DNA of 64,000 nucleotides from Pseudomonadota bacterium (GCA_039714395.1 JBDLJH010000017.1:9006-73005), one strand, 5' to 3'. Shown: positions 19,702 to 29,113, counted from the stretch's first letter. Notes: generated by a model not told the origin, from the sequence alone. Numbers and translations: made by a program.

Positions 19702-19877
19702 CTCGATGCGTCGTTTACGGCGTATCCAGGCCTGGCCCGTACGGGGCGGCGTCATTAATATTCTTTGCGAACGCCCGATTATGAAGAGGCGTCTCACAGG
19801 TATCAAGGCATTATTTGAGGGCTTGTTGTGGGACAGCAGAAGGGGAGGTAGTATCAGTATAAATTCAGATTGAGTAA

Positions 19878-20336
19878 GTGAGGGGGGTGGTAGTGGGTGC
19901 GATTAAAAGAGAATGGCAGGCGGCAGTAGTCTATTTACTGATTTTGGTGCTGGTGGTCAATGTGCACTTTATCGGCCTGGCGGATTTCAGCCTCTACGGT
20001 ATCAATATATCTATCTACAGCCTGTTGGCCTATGTGCTTTACAGTCTCTTGCTGGTAAGCAGTAGCGACAAATTTGTACACCATCATCTGCTGGCCTCGG
20101 CGAGTACGTTCTTCGTCTACTTCTTTCTCAGCAGCCTCTACAGTGGAATGATGTTTGTGCTGGGTTATGAGGTGAACGTGATCAGCTGGTCATTACTACA
20201 ACAGGCCAATTTTTCCACCTGGGTAGCTCTTGGCCCGCTAATGGCCATTCTGGCCCATACACTGATGTCAGCAGTGCACGGCATCATGTTAAGCATGAAG
20301 AGCAAAGACCCCGACGGCAGGCCCTACGCCGCCTAA
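19878..20336 (+). CDS. hypothetical integral membrane protein
   Basis: 152-aa ORF with a GTG start and about 4 predicted TM helices. Divergent from the ThDP operon. No family recognised. Confidence 0.45.
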   Translation: MRGVVVGAIKREWQAAVVYLLILVLVVNVHFIGLADFSLYGINISIYSLLAYVLYSLLLVSSSDKFVHHHLLASASTFFVYFFLSSLYSGMMFVLGYEVNVISWSLLQQANFSTWVALGPLMAILAHTLMSAVHGIMLSMKSKDPDGRPYAA

Positions 20337-20341
20337 GTGGT

Positions 20342-20827
20342 CTACTGCGAGTAGATTTCGTCAATCGATGTTACCTTGCCGGTCTCCAGCTCTTCGGAAC
20401 CCGCATCGCGAACATTGGTGATCACGACATCAAAGCTGAGGGTGACACCCGCTAGTGGTGGGTTGGCGTCGATAGTCACCTCCTTGTCATCGGCCGCCAC
20501 CACAATTACTTCTACCTCATCATCGTCTTTGCCGGTTTTAAACGACATGCCGACCTTGATCTCGTCGCCAGTGTTGAAACGCTCACGGGGCACCGTCTTC
20601 ATCAGCCGCTCGTCGCGCACGCCGTAGGCCTGTTCCGGGCTGAGTGTGAATTTGAGTTGTTCGCCTGAGTTGTGTCCCTCTAGTTTGGCCTCGAAGGCCG
20701 GGAACAGGGTATTGGTGCCGTGAATGTAGCTGAACGAGTCACGCCCATCGGTGGAGTCGATGGTATTGCCCTTATCGTCCTGCAGGGTATATTCGAGGGT
20801 GACAACACTGTTTTTTTCAATCGCCAT
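20342..20827 (-). CDS. slyD: FKBP-type peptidyl-prolyl cis-trans isomerase, SlyD-like
   Basis: 161 aa. 'VVTLEYTLQDDKGNTIDST', 'FSYIHGTNTLFPAFEAKLEGH' and 'NPPLAGVTLSFDVVITNVR' match SlyD-type FKBP with an IF insert. It lacks the His-rich tail. Confidence 0.8.
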   Translation of the reverse strand: MAIEKNSVVTLEYTLQDDKGNTIDSTDGRDSFSYIHGTNTLFPAFEAKLEGHNSGEQLKFTLSPEQAYGVRDERLMKTVPRERFNTGDEIKVGMSFKTGKDDDEVEVIVVAADDKEVTIDANPPLAGVTLSFDVVITNVRDAGSEELETGKVTSIDEIYSQ

Positions 20828-20910
20828 GGTGATCTCGCTAGCCTATGGGTGATGGTTTAGAGTTAAAACTGGCAAAGACGATAATTGATTACCACAGGAA
20901 TGTCTAAATT

Positions 20911-21201
20911 GTGTTTGTAACTTTCCATAGCCGTGCCGCAGGTGACTTCTCTATGTTTGAAGAGGTGGCCGTTAGCCTGCTGAAAAAGATGGGCCACAGT
21001 GGCACCGTACCCAGTGCCATTATGCCCGAGGATATTCCGCAGGCCTTACAACAGCTGAGGGTGGCACTGGGTGCAGAGCCGGCAGAAGTTTCTGGAGTAG
21101 AGGGGGATGAGCTGCTGGTGAGTCTGTCGCGCCGGGCCTATCCGTTGATTAAAATGCTTGAGGCTTCAGTGGCGCAGAAGAGCGAAGTGATGTGGGACTG
21201 A
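20911..21201 (+). CDS. DUF1840 domain protein
   Basis: 96 aa, GTG start. The N-terminus 'FVTFHSRAAGDFSMFEEVAVSLLKKMGHSG' is typical of DUF1840. Confidence 0.65.
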   Translation: MFVTFHSRAAGDFSMFEEVAVSLLKKMGHSGTVPSAIMPEDIPQALQQLRVALGAEPAEVSGVEGDELLVSLSRRAYPLIKMLEASVAQKSEVMWD

Positions 21202-21211
21202 TCATGGTTGT

Positions 21212-22429
21212 TCAGGATGCAACGCGATTACGCCCCGCCTTTTTCGCCTTGTAGAGCGCCTTGTCGGCGGCCTTGATGACAGCCTCGGGATCACGAATAT
21301 CCCCTTTCCTCTCCGCGATACCGATACTGACTGTGATCTGTACCTGCTTGTCACTGCCCTTTCGCGCCTTCTCCGGTTTTTCGCCGGGGCGCCTCTTTTC
21401 CCTGACGGTAAAGCCAGAATTGGCGATGTTCTCACGTAGCAGTTCCAGATGTGGCCAGGCACTGTCTGTGTCCTTACCTGGGAAGAGTGCGGTGAACTCT
21501 TCGCCACCGTATCGATAAACTTTTCCTCCGCCAGTGATTTGACTCATCTTCATGGCAACCATTTGCAGTGCATCGTCCCCAACATCGTGGCCGTAGCTGT
21601 CGTTAAATTTTTTGAAGTGATCGATATCAAGCATGGCGATGGTGTAACGATGGCCCAGTTTGAGTAGTGCCTGGTTGAGGGCACGGCGACCGGTGAGGCC
21701 GGTGAGTTCGTCGCGAAAGGCCATGGTGTAGGATATCTCCAGCACCGCGACGATCAGTATTAACAGTGCGCTGGAGAATAGTGCGGTGGTGAGCGCTGTC
21801 GCGTAGCCCTGCAATAGTGTGTAAAGGAGTAGTGCCGTGGCCCAGAAGATGGCATTTTCCAGTGGATTATGCTGCTTACGAATGGCGCGGTAGCCACTGA
21901 CCAGGAGTGCGGCAGCGAAGGCGAGTAGCGCCGGCTGGTGCAGCTTGAGGTCTTCCAGTGTAGTGCTACTGATGAAGGTGGAATCGACCAGTCCTAACCA
22001 GTCGTAGCGTTGATAGTGGAACAGCAGCCATATTGAGAGTACTTGCACAAGGATAATGGCCCAGCACAGCAGGCCGCGCAGGGTGAAGGTACCGCGTTCC
22101 TTACGCAGGGTGATTAGTAACAGGTTGAGCGGTAGTAGCACAGCCACCACATCGGTGACGATGCGCCCGATGGCATCGCCGCGTGCACCGTAGTGGTTGA
22201 GTAGCCAGATCGCCAGGGCGATGACTACTGTGGTGAAGACCAGTAGGCTGCGGTCGAAGCGCCAGCCGAGCAGCAGTGCAAAGCTTACAGCAACGTAGTA
22301 GTAGATGTCGGCGAGCGAGCTGAGGCGTGCTGCAGAGGCCTCATGTTCCGAGAGCAGAGCAATCAGCAAGAATAGCAGGCCTGCGGGAAGGAAGAAGGTA
22401 ATACCCCGGTGAAGCAGATTGTGCGGCAC
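21212..22429 (-). CDS. membrane-bound diguanylate cyclase (GGDEF)
   Basis: 405 aa. About 6-7 N-terminal TM helices, then a GGDEF domain: 'DELTGLTGRRAL', 'DIDHFKKFNDSYGHDVGD', active site 'RYGGEEF'. Confidence 0.9.
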   Translation of the reverse strand: MPHNLLHRGITFFLPAGLLFLLIALLSEHEASAARLSSLADIYYYVAVSFALLLGWRFDRSLLVFTTVVIALAIWLLNHYGARGDAIGRIVTDVVAVLLPLNLLLITLRKERGTFTLRGLLCWAIILVQVLSIWLLFHYQRYDWLGLVDSTFISSTTLEDLKLHQPALLAFAAALLVSGYRAIRKQHNPLENAIFWATALLLYTLLQGYATALTTALFSSALLILIVAVLEISYTMAFRDELTGLTGRRALNQALLKLGHRYTIAMLDIDHFKKFNDSYGHDVGDDALQMVAMKMSQITGGGKVYRYGGEEFTALFPGKDTDSAWPHLELLRENIANSGFTVREKRRPGEKPEKARKGSDKQVQITVSIGIAERKGDIRDPEAVIKAADKALYKAKKAGRNRVAS

Positions 22430-22583
22430 TCAAGCCTCCATTCGTTATTATGGCTTCTCAGGGTAATGATTTATGGCCGTAGTGACAATGCCAGCACGCA
22501 ATCGTGCCCCTTAGATATGGGTCTGAGTATCGCATCGGGGTATGATGAATATATCAATAGCCCCCACATGGGATGGAGATGGT

Positions 22584-22781
22584 ATGAATCTGCAAAAACT
22601 CTTTCTGCTGAGTGAGGAGAACCCTCAGGCAATAGATGCGCTCTGTGCCGAGCACGGAATAGATCCGGTGGTGGCCCACGGTGTGGTGATTTTGATGATC
22701 GCCAATGATGGTAATGTTGCCAGCCTCTCGCCAAAGCAGCGTGAACATTATGAGTTGGCGATTAAGCCCCTGATTGAGTAG
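22584..22781 (+). CDS. small hypothetical protein
   Basis: ORF 22542-22781. The ATG at 22584 is preceded by 'ggag'. 65 aa, no family recognised. Confidence 0.4.
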   Translation: MNLQKLFLLSEENPQAIDALCAEHGIDPVVAHGVVILMIANDGNVASLSPKQREHYELAIKPLIE

Positions 22782-22821
22782 AAGATAGCCGGTTGCGTGA
22801 GGTGATGTATGGAGAACACGC

Positions 22822-23427
22822 ATGAGTGAGATCAATTGCGAAACTTGTGGCAGGTCTATAGATGGGAAGGCCGCCGTTTGTCCCCATTGTGGTGTACGTC
22901 GCCGACGGGGTATTTCTCGGGTGTGGGTACTGGCATTCTTCGTTATGGGGATTTTGATGGGACTGCTTTTTCTGATCCTGCAGCAGGGAGAGAGCCCCTC
23001 ATGGCTAGAGTTTGATCGGTCTGAGAAGGTCGCTCTGGAAGATGTGGATCAGATAGCAGGAGAAGCAACGAGGCCGCAGTCGAAACCGAGGCCACGGCCT
23101 CAGTTGGAGCCGAAGTCGCATATGGGGTCAAAGCCGCATACCCCCCAGGCCACCAGCGTTGAACCGATGTTGTGTGACCGCAAAGCTGCCCAGGCGGTGC
23201 GGGATAAAGCACGCTCGCTGGCCACTATCAGCGAGCAGGGCGGGATTCTGATGTTGCGCCTTGGTCGTGCCTGGGAGTACTACTCACCGGGTCATCGGCG
23301 TAGCTTTGTCCAGGCGTTTGCCGACGCAGATCTCTGTTTGCAGGGACAGGCTCGTGCCATTAGCTTTAGTTTCCGTGGTGAAAAGGTGGCCATGGTGAAT
23401 GCCGAGGGGGCTGTGGAGATGAGGTAG
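22822..23427 (+). CDS. zinc-ribbon membrane protein, hypothetical
   Basis: 201 aa. N-terminal CxxC-x13-CxxC ('CETCGRSIDGKAAVCPHCG'), one TM helix, a Pro/Lys-rich linker and a C-terminal globular domain. Confidence 0.6.
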   Translation: MSEINCETCGRSIDGKAAVCPHCGVRRRRGISRVWVLAFFVMGILMGLLFLILQQGESPSWLEFDRSEKVALEDVDQIAGEATRPQSKPRPRPQLEPKSHMGSKPHTPQATSVEPMLCDRKAAQAVRDKARSLATISEQGGILMLRLGRAWEYYSPGHRRSFVQAFADADLCLQGQARAISFSFRGEKVAMVNAEGAVEMR

Positions 23428-23532
23428 CAGTGTTTTTGTCCTGCTTGCACTATAATAGCAGCCGCTTCTCCCATTCCACCTATATATCCACACCAGTCTC
23501 GTGGAAAATAAGGACTCCATGTAGCTAGCCTC

Positions 23533-25296
23533 ATGCACATGAAAAATCTGTTAAAGAGTGGCCTTAGCTTCGATGAATCGTCGCTCGCCATGGAGTTTAA
23601 GTTCAGGATACTTAACGCGATCATGCTGATCGCGGCGTTCTTTGCGTTTTTCTTTGCCCTGCTTAGTGACCTCGGCATCAACGATATCGGGCCGATCCAT
23701 AGCACGGTCGATTATGTCTACTCTGCACTTTCGGTAGTATTGCTCCTGCTGCTACGCCGATCACCCTCTTACTACACACCTATTGCCGTCACCTTTTTAT
23801 TGCTCTCATTTGCCAGTTTTGTCTCGGCCCTGCTGTTTGTGGTGAATGATGAGTTTCGTATCATCTGGTTCTATTTCGTTATCTTCGTCACCTATATCAT
23901 GCTCGGCTCAGCGGCGGGCATGGTGATGACTGTGATGGCACTGTCCACCATCTTCCTCTGCAATGTACTTTCAGACCTGCAGTTGAACGAAAACACCCTC
24001 TATACCGCCATACTCGGCCTGTTTATCGGCAGCCTGTTATCACGTATCTACACGGTACAGATGCGGCGTTATGAGGCGTTGCTGGAGACCAAGAACCGGG
24101 ACCTTGCCAGCAGTGTTAAAGAGCTGGATACGGCATTAGAGCAGGCGCAACAGGCGAGCCGTACCAAGACCCTGTTTCTTGCCAATATGAGCCATGAGAT
24201 CCGTACACCGATGAATGGTGTGCTGGGAATGGTGCAGGTGATGCAGGGCACCACGCTGGATGAGCAGCAGCAGCACTACCTGGAGACCATTGAGCGTTCC
24301 GGTAAAAACTTGTTGATGCTGATCGACGACCTGCTCGATATCTCCATGATCGAGGCGGGCAAGCTGAGTTTACATCCAGTCCCCTTCGATACCTTTAACT
24401 GGGTGATCGATATTCAGATTCTTAGCGAGCCACTGTTTGAGGAAGGCAAGGTCGCCTTTATCTCCGAGGTGAGTGACGAGCTTCCCAGGATGCTGCACGG
24501 CGATGCACCTCGCCTGTTGCAGGTAGTGGTTAACCTGATTAGTAATGCGGCCAAGTTTACCCATGAGGGTGAGGTCAAACTGTCCGTGGGGGGGAGGCCT
24601 GTTGATGACGGCCAGTACTGCCTGCAGATCGACGTTGTCGATAGTGGCATCGGTATGCCGACCAACAAACTGGAAACAATCTTCGATGCCTTCCAGCAGG
24701 TGGCCCCGGAGCGCATCATTAACAAGGGAGTAGGCCTGGGCCTGGCTATTAGCAAGCGACTGGTGGATGCCATGGGCGGTGAATTGACGGTCAGCTCGGT
24801 TGAGGGGCAGGGCAGTCATTTCCACCTTGAGGTGGAGTTATCACGGGTTGCAGTGGAGGAGACCAATTCCTCATTGGCCGATCTTAGGGGCATACAGCCA
24901 TACCGTGTGTTGCTGGTGGATGATGACCCGATCAACCGTCTGGCGGTTGGCTCGCTGCTTAAACAGCAGGGCCTCCACGTGGTAGAGGCAGAGAATGGCC
25001 GCATCGCTATTGAACGTATGGGCGAGCAGCGTTTTGATGTGGTGCTGATGGACGTACACATGCCGGAGATGGACGGTGTGGCGGCGACGCGTTTAATTCG
25101 TGCATCCAATGATCAGGGATGGGGGCGCACGGCGATTATTGGTCTTACCGCCAGTGTGATGAGTGACGAGCGGCAGAGCTATCTTAAGGCGGGAATGGAT
25201 GCGGTGGAAGAGAAGCCTGTGGTGCGCGAGGCACTCCTGAGTAGCATTACCCGCTGCGTTGATGAGCGGGCGCAACAGCACTCTGCTGAGGCTTGA
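23533..25296 (+). CDS. membrane hybrid sensor histidine kinase / response regulator
   Basis: 587 aa. N-terminal multi-TM region, H-box 'FLANMSHEIRTPMNG', 'LISNAAKFT', 'GVGLGLAIS', receiver 'VLLVDDD...VLMDVHMPEMDG'. Confidence 0.9.
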   Translation: MHMKNLLKSGLSFDESSLAMEFKFRILNAIMLIAAFFAFFFALLSDLGINDIGPIHSTVDYVYSALSVVLLLLLRRSPSYYTPIAVTFLLLSFASFVSALLFVVNDEFRIIWFYFVIFVTYIMLGSAAGMVMTVMALSTIFLCNVLSDLQLNENTLYTAILGLFIGSLLSRIYTVQMRRYEALLETKNRDLASSVKELDTALEQAQQASRTKTLFLANMSHEIRTPMNGVLGMVQVMQGTTLDEQQQHYLETIERSGKNLLMLIDDLLDISMIEAGKLSLHPVPFDTFNWVIDIQILSEPLFEEGKVAFISEVSDELPRMLHGDAPRLLQVVVNLISNAAKFTHEGEVKLSVGGRPVDDGQYCLQIDVVDSGIGMPTNKLETIFDAFQQVAPERIINKGVGLGLAISKRLVDAMGGELTVSSVEGQGSHFHLEVELSRVAVEETNSSLADLRGIQPYRVLLVDDDPINRLAVGSLLKQQGLHVVEAENGRIAIERMGEQRFDVVLMDVHMPEMDGVAATRLIRASNDQGWGRTAIIGLTASVMSDERQSYLKAGMDAVEEKPVVREALLSSITRCVDERAQQHSAEA

Positions 25297-25378
25297 AATT
25301 ACCGCTCTCTACGTCCAAGATGGTGCGTTATTGAGAGTTTGAATATATTCATACCAATACAAACGATAAGGAAGAGAA

Positions 25379-26110
25379 ATGTCTGTGATTAACAAAAGTT
25401 TTGTCCTGCTGGTGAGTGCACTGGTACTCGTTGGGGTGAGTGGCTGTAATAACGACAGCAAAGAGGCTGCCACCGCTCCACAACGGCCTGCACTGCAGAG
25501 TGATATTGAGAAATTCAGCTATAGCGTTGGTGTTTTGATGGCCCAGGACATGAAGAATAAGGGGATGACTGAGCTTGATGAGCTTGCCATGGGGATGGCT
25601 ATTCGTGACGTTATTGATGATAAGCCCCTGCAACTGAGCGAAGAGCAGATGGGTGCCGCACTAGAGCTGGCCGCGAAGAAGCTGATGGAGGAGCGTAACG
25701 CCAAGGCAAGCGCCAAGGGTGAGCTGGCGAAGGCCGCAGGCGAGAAATACCTGGCCGAGAATAAGGCAAAAGAGGGTGTCGTCTCACTGCCCAGCGGTAT
25801 TCAGTACAAGGTGCTGACCGAAGGTAAGGGCGAGAAGCCTACCCTGGAGTCTACCGTGGTGGCCCATTACCAGGGCAGCCTGATTGATGGTACCGTCTTC
25901 GATAGTTCTTATGAGCGTGGTTCTCCGGCTACCTTCGCTCTCGGTCGTGTAGTAAAGGGGTGGCAGGAAGTGCTACCGCTGATGCCGGTTGGTTCCAAGT
26001 GGCAGGTCGCTATCCCGTCTGAGCTGGCCTACGGTGAGACCGGTGCACCACCCAAGATCGGTGGTAATGAAACCCTGTTGTTCGACATCGAACTGGTTGA
26101 TATCAAATAA
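25379..26110 (+). CDS. FKBP-type peptidyl-prolyl isomerase, Mip/FkpA/FklB-like lipoprotein
   Basis: 243 aa. Lipobox 'GVSGC'. FKBP core 'VVAHYQGSLIDGTVFDSSYERGSPATFALGRVVKGWQEVLPLMPVGSKWQVAIPSELAYG'. Confidence 0.9.
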   Translation: MSVINKSFVLLVSALVLVGVSGCNNDSKEAATAPQRPALQSDIEKFSYSVGVLMAQDMKNKGMTELDELAMGMAIRDVIDDKPLQLSEEQMGAALELAAKKLMEERNAKASAKGELAKAAGEKYLAENKAKEGVVSLPSGIQYKVLTEGKGEKPTLESTVVAHYQGSLIDGTVFDSSYERGSPATFALGRVVKGWQEVLPLMPVGSKWQVAIPSELAYGETGAPPKIGGNETLLFDIELVDIK

Positions 26111-26120
26111 GCTATTAAGC

Positions 26121-26140
26121 GGAGAGGGGATCCCCTCTCC
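26121..26140. terminator. perfect 20-nt GC-rich palindrome after the FKBP gene
   Basis: GGAGAGGGGATCCCCTCTCC lies 11 nt after the stop codon. There is no clear T-tract, so it may be a stem-loop or attenuator rather than a canonical intrinsic terminator. Confidence 0.4.
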
Positions 26141-26162
26141 GTCCTTCTCCCCGGCGGGGACC

Positions 26163-27341
26163 ATGTCAGTCAGCAATCCTAATAGTAACAATCTCATGCA
26201 AGTCACACTGGGTGATTTTGCTTTATCGCGCCTACCGAAACGTAAGGGGGAGTTGCTGCGTGCCTGGGATGCGGCGGATGAGTACCTGCTGAACACGTTG
26301 GTGGAGCAGTCGCTGCTCCATACGGGCTCGCGCATTCTTATCGTTAATGACAGCTTTGGTGCGCTGGCCGTGGCATTGAGTCGTTATCGCCCGCAGTCAC
26401 TCTCGGACTCCTGGCTTTGCCATGCCGCCACTAAAATGAACCTTCAGGCCAATACTCTCGAAGAACAGAGTGTTGAGCTCTTTGATTCACTGAATGTGCC
26501 AGCCAGGCAACAGGCAGCGCTGGACTTGATTCTTATTAAGGTACCCAAAACGCTGGCGCTATTGGAGGATGAACTCATTCGCCTTGCGCCGTTATTGACA
26601 GAAAAGACGCAGGTCATTGTCGCAGGAATGGTGAAGGCGCTGCCCTCTTCTGTATGGAAAATGCTGGAACGGCTATGGGGGCCGACCACCACCTCGCTGG
26701 CGAAGAAGAAGGCGAAGCTGATCTTTGTGAAGCCTGAGCATCAGGACTCAGTGGGGGAGAGTCCCTATCCGGTCTGTTATTCGCTGGAGGGGACGACACA
26801 TCGCATCTGCAACCATGCCAACGTCTTCTCCCGCGATAGCCTAGATATTGGTACGCGTCTGTTCCTACAGCACTTGCCTGAAAATATTGGCGATAAGGTG
26901 GTGGTGGATCTGGGTTGTGGTAATGGTGTTGTTGGCCTTATTGCCGCAGAGAGAAATCCACAGGCACGCCTGCACTTTGTCGATGAGTCGTTCATGGCGG
27001 TGGCTTCGGCACGAGAGAACTTTTCTCACAATCTGGGTGAGGAGCGCGTGGTCCACTTTTATGTGGGTGATGCCTTAAGTGATTTTGATAAAGCCAGTGC
27101 AGATATCATTCTGTGTAATCCGCCGTTCCATCAGGGCAGTACCGTGGGAGGCCAGATTGCACGCCGTATGTTCCAACAGTCACGCCAGGTGTTACGCGAG
27201 GGCGGTGAGCTGTGGGTGATCGGTAATCGTCACCTCGGTTATCACAAGGTGCTGAGTAAGATTTTTGGTAATAGTGAACAGATTGCCTCCAATGCCAAGT
27301 TTGTGATTATGCGGGCGGTAGTCTCGGCTTCCACCCGCTAA
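26163..27341 (+). CDS. rlmG: 23S rRNA (guanine1835-N2)-methyltransferase RlmG
   Basis: ORF 25989-27341 trimmed to the ATG at 26163. Colinear with E. coli RlmG/YgjO as I recall it: 'AWDAADEYLL', 'IKVPKTLALLE', 'HANVFSRDSLDIGTR', 'VDLGCGNGVVG', 'CNPPFHQ'. Confidence 0.9.
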   Translation: MSVSNPNSNNLMQVTLGDFALSRLPKRKGELLRAWDAADEYLLNTLVEQSLLHTGSRILIVNDSFGALAVALSRYRPQSLSDSWLCHAATKMNLQANTLEEQSVELFDSLNVPARQQAALDLILIKVPKTLALLEDELIRLAPLLTEKTQVIVAGMVKALPSSVWKMLERLWGPTTTSLAKKKAKLIFVKPEHQDSVGESPYPVCYSLEGTTHRICNHANVFSRDSLDIGTRLFLQHLPENIGDKVVVDLGCGNGVVGLIAAERNPQARLHFVDESFMAVASARENFSHNLGEERVVHFYVGDALSDFDKASADIILCNPPFHQGSTVGGQIARRMFQQSRQVLREGGELWVIGNRHLGYHKVLSKIFGNSEQIASNAKFVIMRAVVSASTR

Positions 27342-27397
27342 AAAGGCATGGTTGGTTTGCGGCACTGTTTGCCAGTGTGCTTTAGAGGCACTGTCGA

Positions 27398-27416
27398 GCA
27401 GACACTAAATGTCTGC
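27398..27416. terminator. hairpin between convergent rlmG and ACP-like gene
   Basis: GCAGACA-CTAAA-TGTCTGC, a 7-bp stem in the 103-nt convergent gap. Confidence 0.35.
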
Positions 27417-27444
27417 CCTTCAGGTAGCGTTAGTGAGGAGTAAC

Positions 27445-27777
27445 TCAGGCGGCGTGATGGGCGAGGGACGGCGACTCGATACCGACGTACTCACTAACAC
27501 CTTCAATGGCAAACTCGCTCATCACAACCTTGTCGAGTAAGGCACCTACCGTAGGTGTCGTATTAAGATTTACCTTTAGCCCATCAAATACATCGGCGAT
27601 CATTAACTCTATTTGCCGTTTGCCTTCGCTGTTCATATGCAGGTCTTTGACCAGATAATCCGTCTCTTCAATGGTATCAATATCGGTATCAAGTGACTCT
27701 GCGATAACGGCCATCAGGCTCATACCCATGAGATTCTTTACTGATTCCAGCTCGTTACTGCCAGCTCGGATGCACAT
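27445..27777 (-). CDS. orphan acyl-carrier-protein-like protein (non-canonical attachment motif)
   Basis: ORF 27445-27840. The ATG at 27777 is preceded by 'caggag'. 'IAESLDTDIDTIEETDYLVKDLHMNSEGKRQIELMIADVFDGLKVNL..TPTVGALLDKVV' aligns by eye with the ACP pattern '..L.v....i....f..DLGaDSLd.vELvmalEeeF.i.i......TVgd..d.i'. Confidence 0.4.
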   Translation of the reverse strand: MCIRAGSNELESVKNLMGMSLMAVIAESLDTDIDTIEETDYLVKDLHMNSEGKRQIELMIADVFDGLKVNLNTTPTVGALLDKVVMSEFAIEGVSEYVGIESPSLAHHAA

Positions 27778-28002
27778 TGTAGTGACTCCTGTATCGGGGG
27801 GAGAAGATAAGTGTTGCATCACTGCTACCACAATGAGCAAGCACCATCAGTATATTAGAAAATACTAATAGATCAAGTGGTGTGACATGATATGGATCAA
27901 GTAAGACGGAATAGTTTGTGCACCCCAGATGGTGCTCGGGTGTCAGATTAGGCCATAATCCGATATAAATACCCTGATAATGACGATACTGGGAGAGCAA
28001 GT

Positions 28003-28638
28003 TTGAAGCACGAATTTTGGCACGAACGGTGGCAGCAGGATCAGATAGGCTTCCATCAGCAGGAGATCAACGGCTACCTTACCTCCCACTGGGAAGAGTT
28101 GGGTCTACCCGCTGGGGTACCGGTGTTTGTGCCACTGTGTGGCAAGAGCCTCGATATGTTGTGGCTGCGTGAGCAGGGTCACCCGGTTTTCGGTATCGAG
28201 CTGAGCCGCAAGGCGGTGGAGGCCTTCTTCCACGAGAATGAGATCGAGCCCAGCGTTAACGAGACTGAGAGTTTCGTCGAGTACAGTGTTGAGCAGCTTA
28301 CCCTCTTCGCCGGAGACTACTTCAAGCTCACTACTCAGGATCTGGGACAGATTCATGCTGTTTTCGACCGTGCCGCCCTTATCGCCCTGCCGCCAGAGAT
28401 GCGGGCCGACTACGTCAAACATATGGCCGCCCTGCTGCCTGCTGGAGCACACATCCTGCTGGTTACCATGCACTACCCGCAGGGCGCCCTTGAGGGGCCA
28501 CCCTTCAGCGTAGAGGAGAGCGAGGTGCAATCACTCTATAGAGAGCACTTCAGTATAGAAAAGAAGGGTACGTGGGATGCCGAGGGGCCGCGTGGAATTC
28601 CTGTACAGGAGACGGTTTACCTGATGACGCGTAAATAA
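28003..28638 (+). CDS. tpm: thiopurine S-methyltransferase (bacterial Tpm)
   Basis: 211 aa, TTG start. 'FWHERWQQDQIGFHQQEIN', 'VFVPLCGKSLDMLWL', 'VFGIELS', 'FDRAALIALPPEMR' match the TPMT family. Confidence 0.85.
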   Translation: MKHEFWHERWQQDQIGFHQQEINGYLTSHWEELGLPAGVPVFVPLCGKSLDMLWLREQGHPVFGIELSRKAVEAFFHENEIEPSVNETESFVEYSVEQLTLFAGDYFKLTTQDLGQIHAVFDRAALIALPPEMRADYVKHMAALLPAGAHILLVTMHYPQGALEGPPFSVEESEVQSLYREHFSIEKKGTWDAEGPRGIPVQETVYLMTRK

Positions 28639-28642
28639 ACCG

Positions 28643-28987
28643 TTAGAAGTAGCGCTCGCCACTCAGTAATTGCTGAATGTCCTTCAGGATGCTCACACCA
28701 ACACTGTCAAAATGAACCCCGATCATTCCCTGCCTTAAGTGAACCACAGTCGCCTCAATTATGTGATCGCGACTGCACTGTTCGGGTTTTGGTGAAAGGC
28801 AGAGGCAGAGTTGTTCACCCACTTGGAGAACCAGGTTCTCTGAATGTATAGCTATACCACTCAGGCTAATGTCAGAGACAGAGACAGTGTGGGCTGGTGC
28901 GGAGGCATCACCACAGGACAACGACACCTTGATATCCACAAGTTTTCGTGGACACTGCCGTCGTTCACTTTCGTCCTTCTGAAACAT
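28643..28987 (-). CDS. PilZ domain protein (c-di-GMP receptor-like)
   Basis: ORF 28643-29011. The ATG at 28987 is preferred, with the G-rich SD 'gaggggggggtaataaca' upstream. PilZ motifs are 'RRQCPR' (RxxxR) and 'DISLSGIAI' (DxSxxG). Confidence 0.8.
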   Translation of the reverse strand: MFQKDESERRQCPRKLVDIKVSLSCGDASAPAHTVSVSDISLSGIAIHSENLVLQVGEQLCLCLSPKPEQCSRDHIIEATVVHLRQGMIGVHFDSVGVSILKDIQQLLSGERYF

Positions 28988-29113
28988 TGTTATTACCCCC
29001 CCCTCTACCATCTTACAGATTATGGGGTCTTTTCTCGATTATTCAATGAGCATGTTTTGCTAAAGCTGTGGGGTGCGAACCGTATAGCGATGAGGCATTT
29101 CAACGAGCGATTG

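Noticed and set aside
19702-19806. 35-codon N-terminal extension of the ThDP-enzyme ORF.
   Set aside because: The extension is basic and low-complexity. The family-typical N-terminus ('MNVTVSELIVKYLQRLGIDTIFGMPG') begins at the ATG at 19701.
25989-26162. N-terminal 58-codon extension of the rlmG ORF that overlaps the end of the FKBP gene.
   Set aside because: The extension runs through the FKBP stop and the 20-nt palindrome. The RlmG homology starts at the ATG at 26163.
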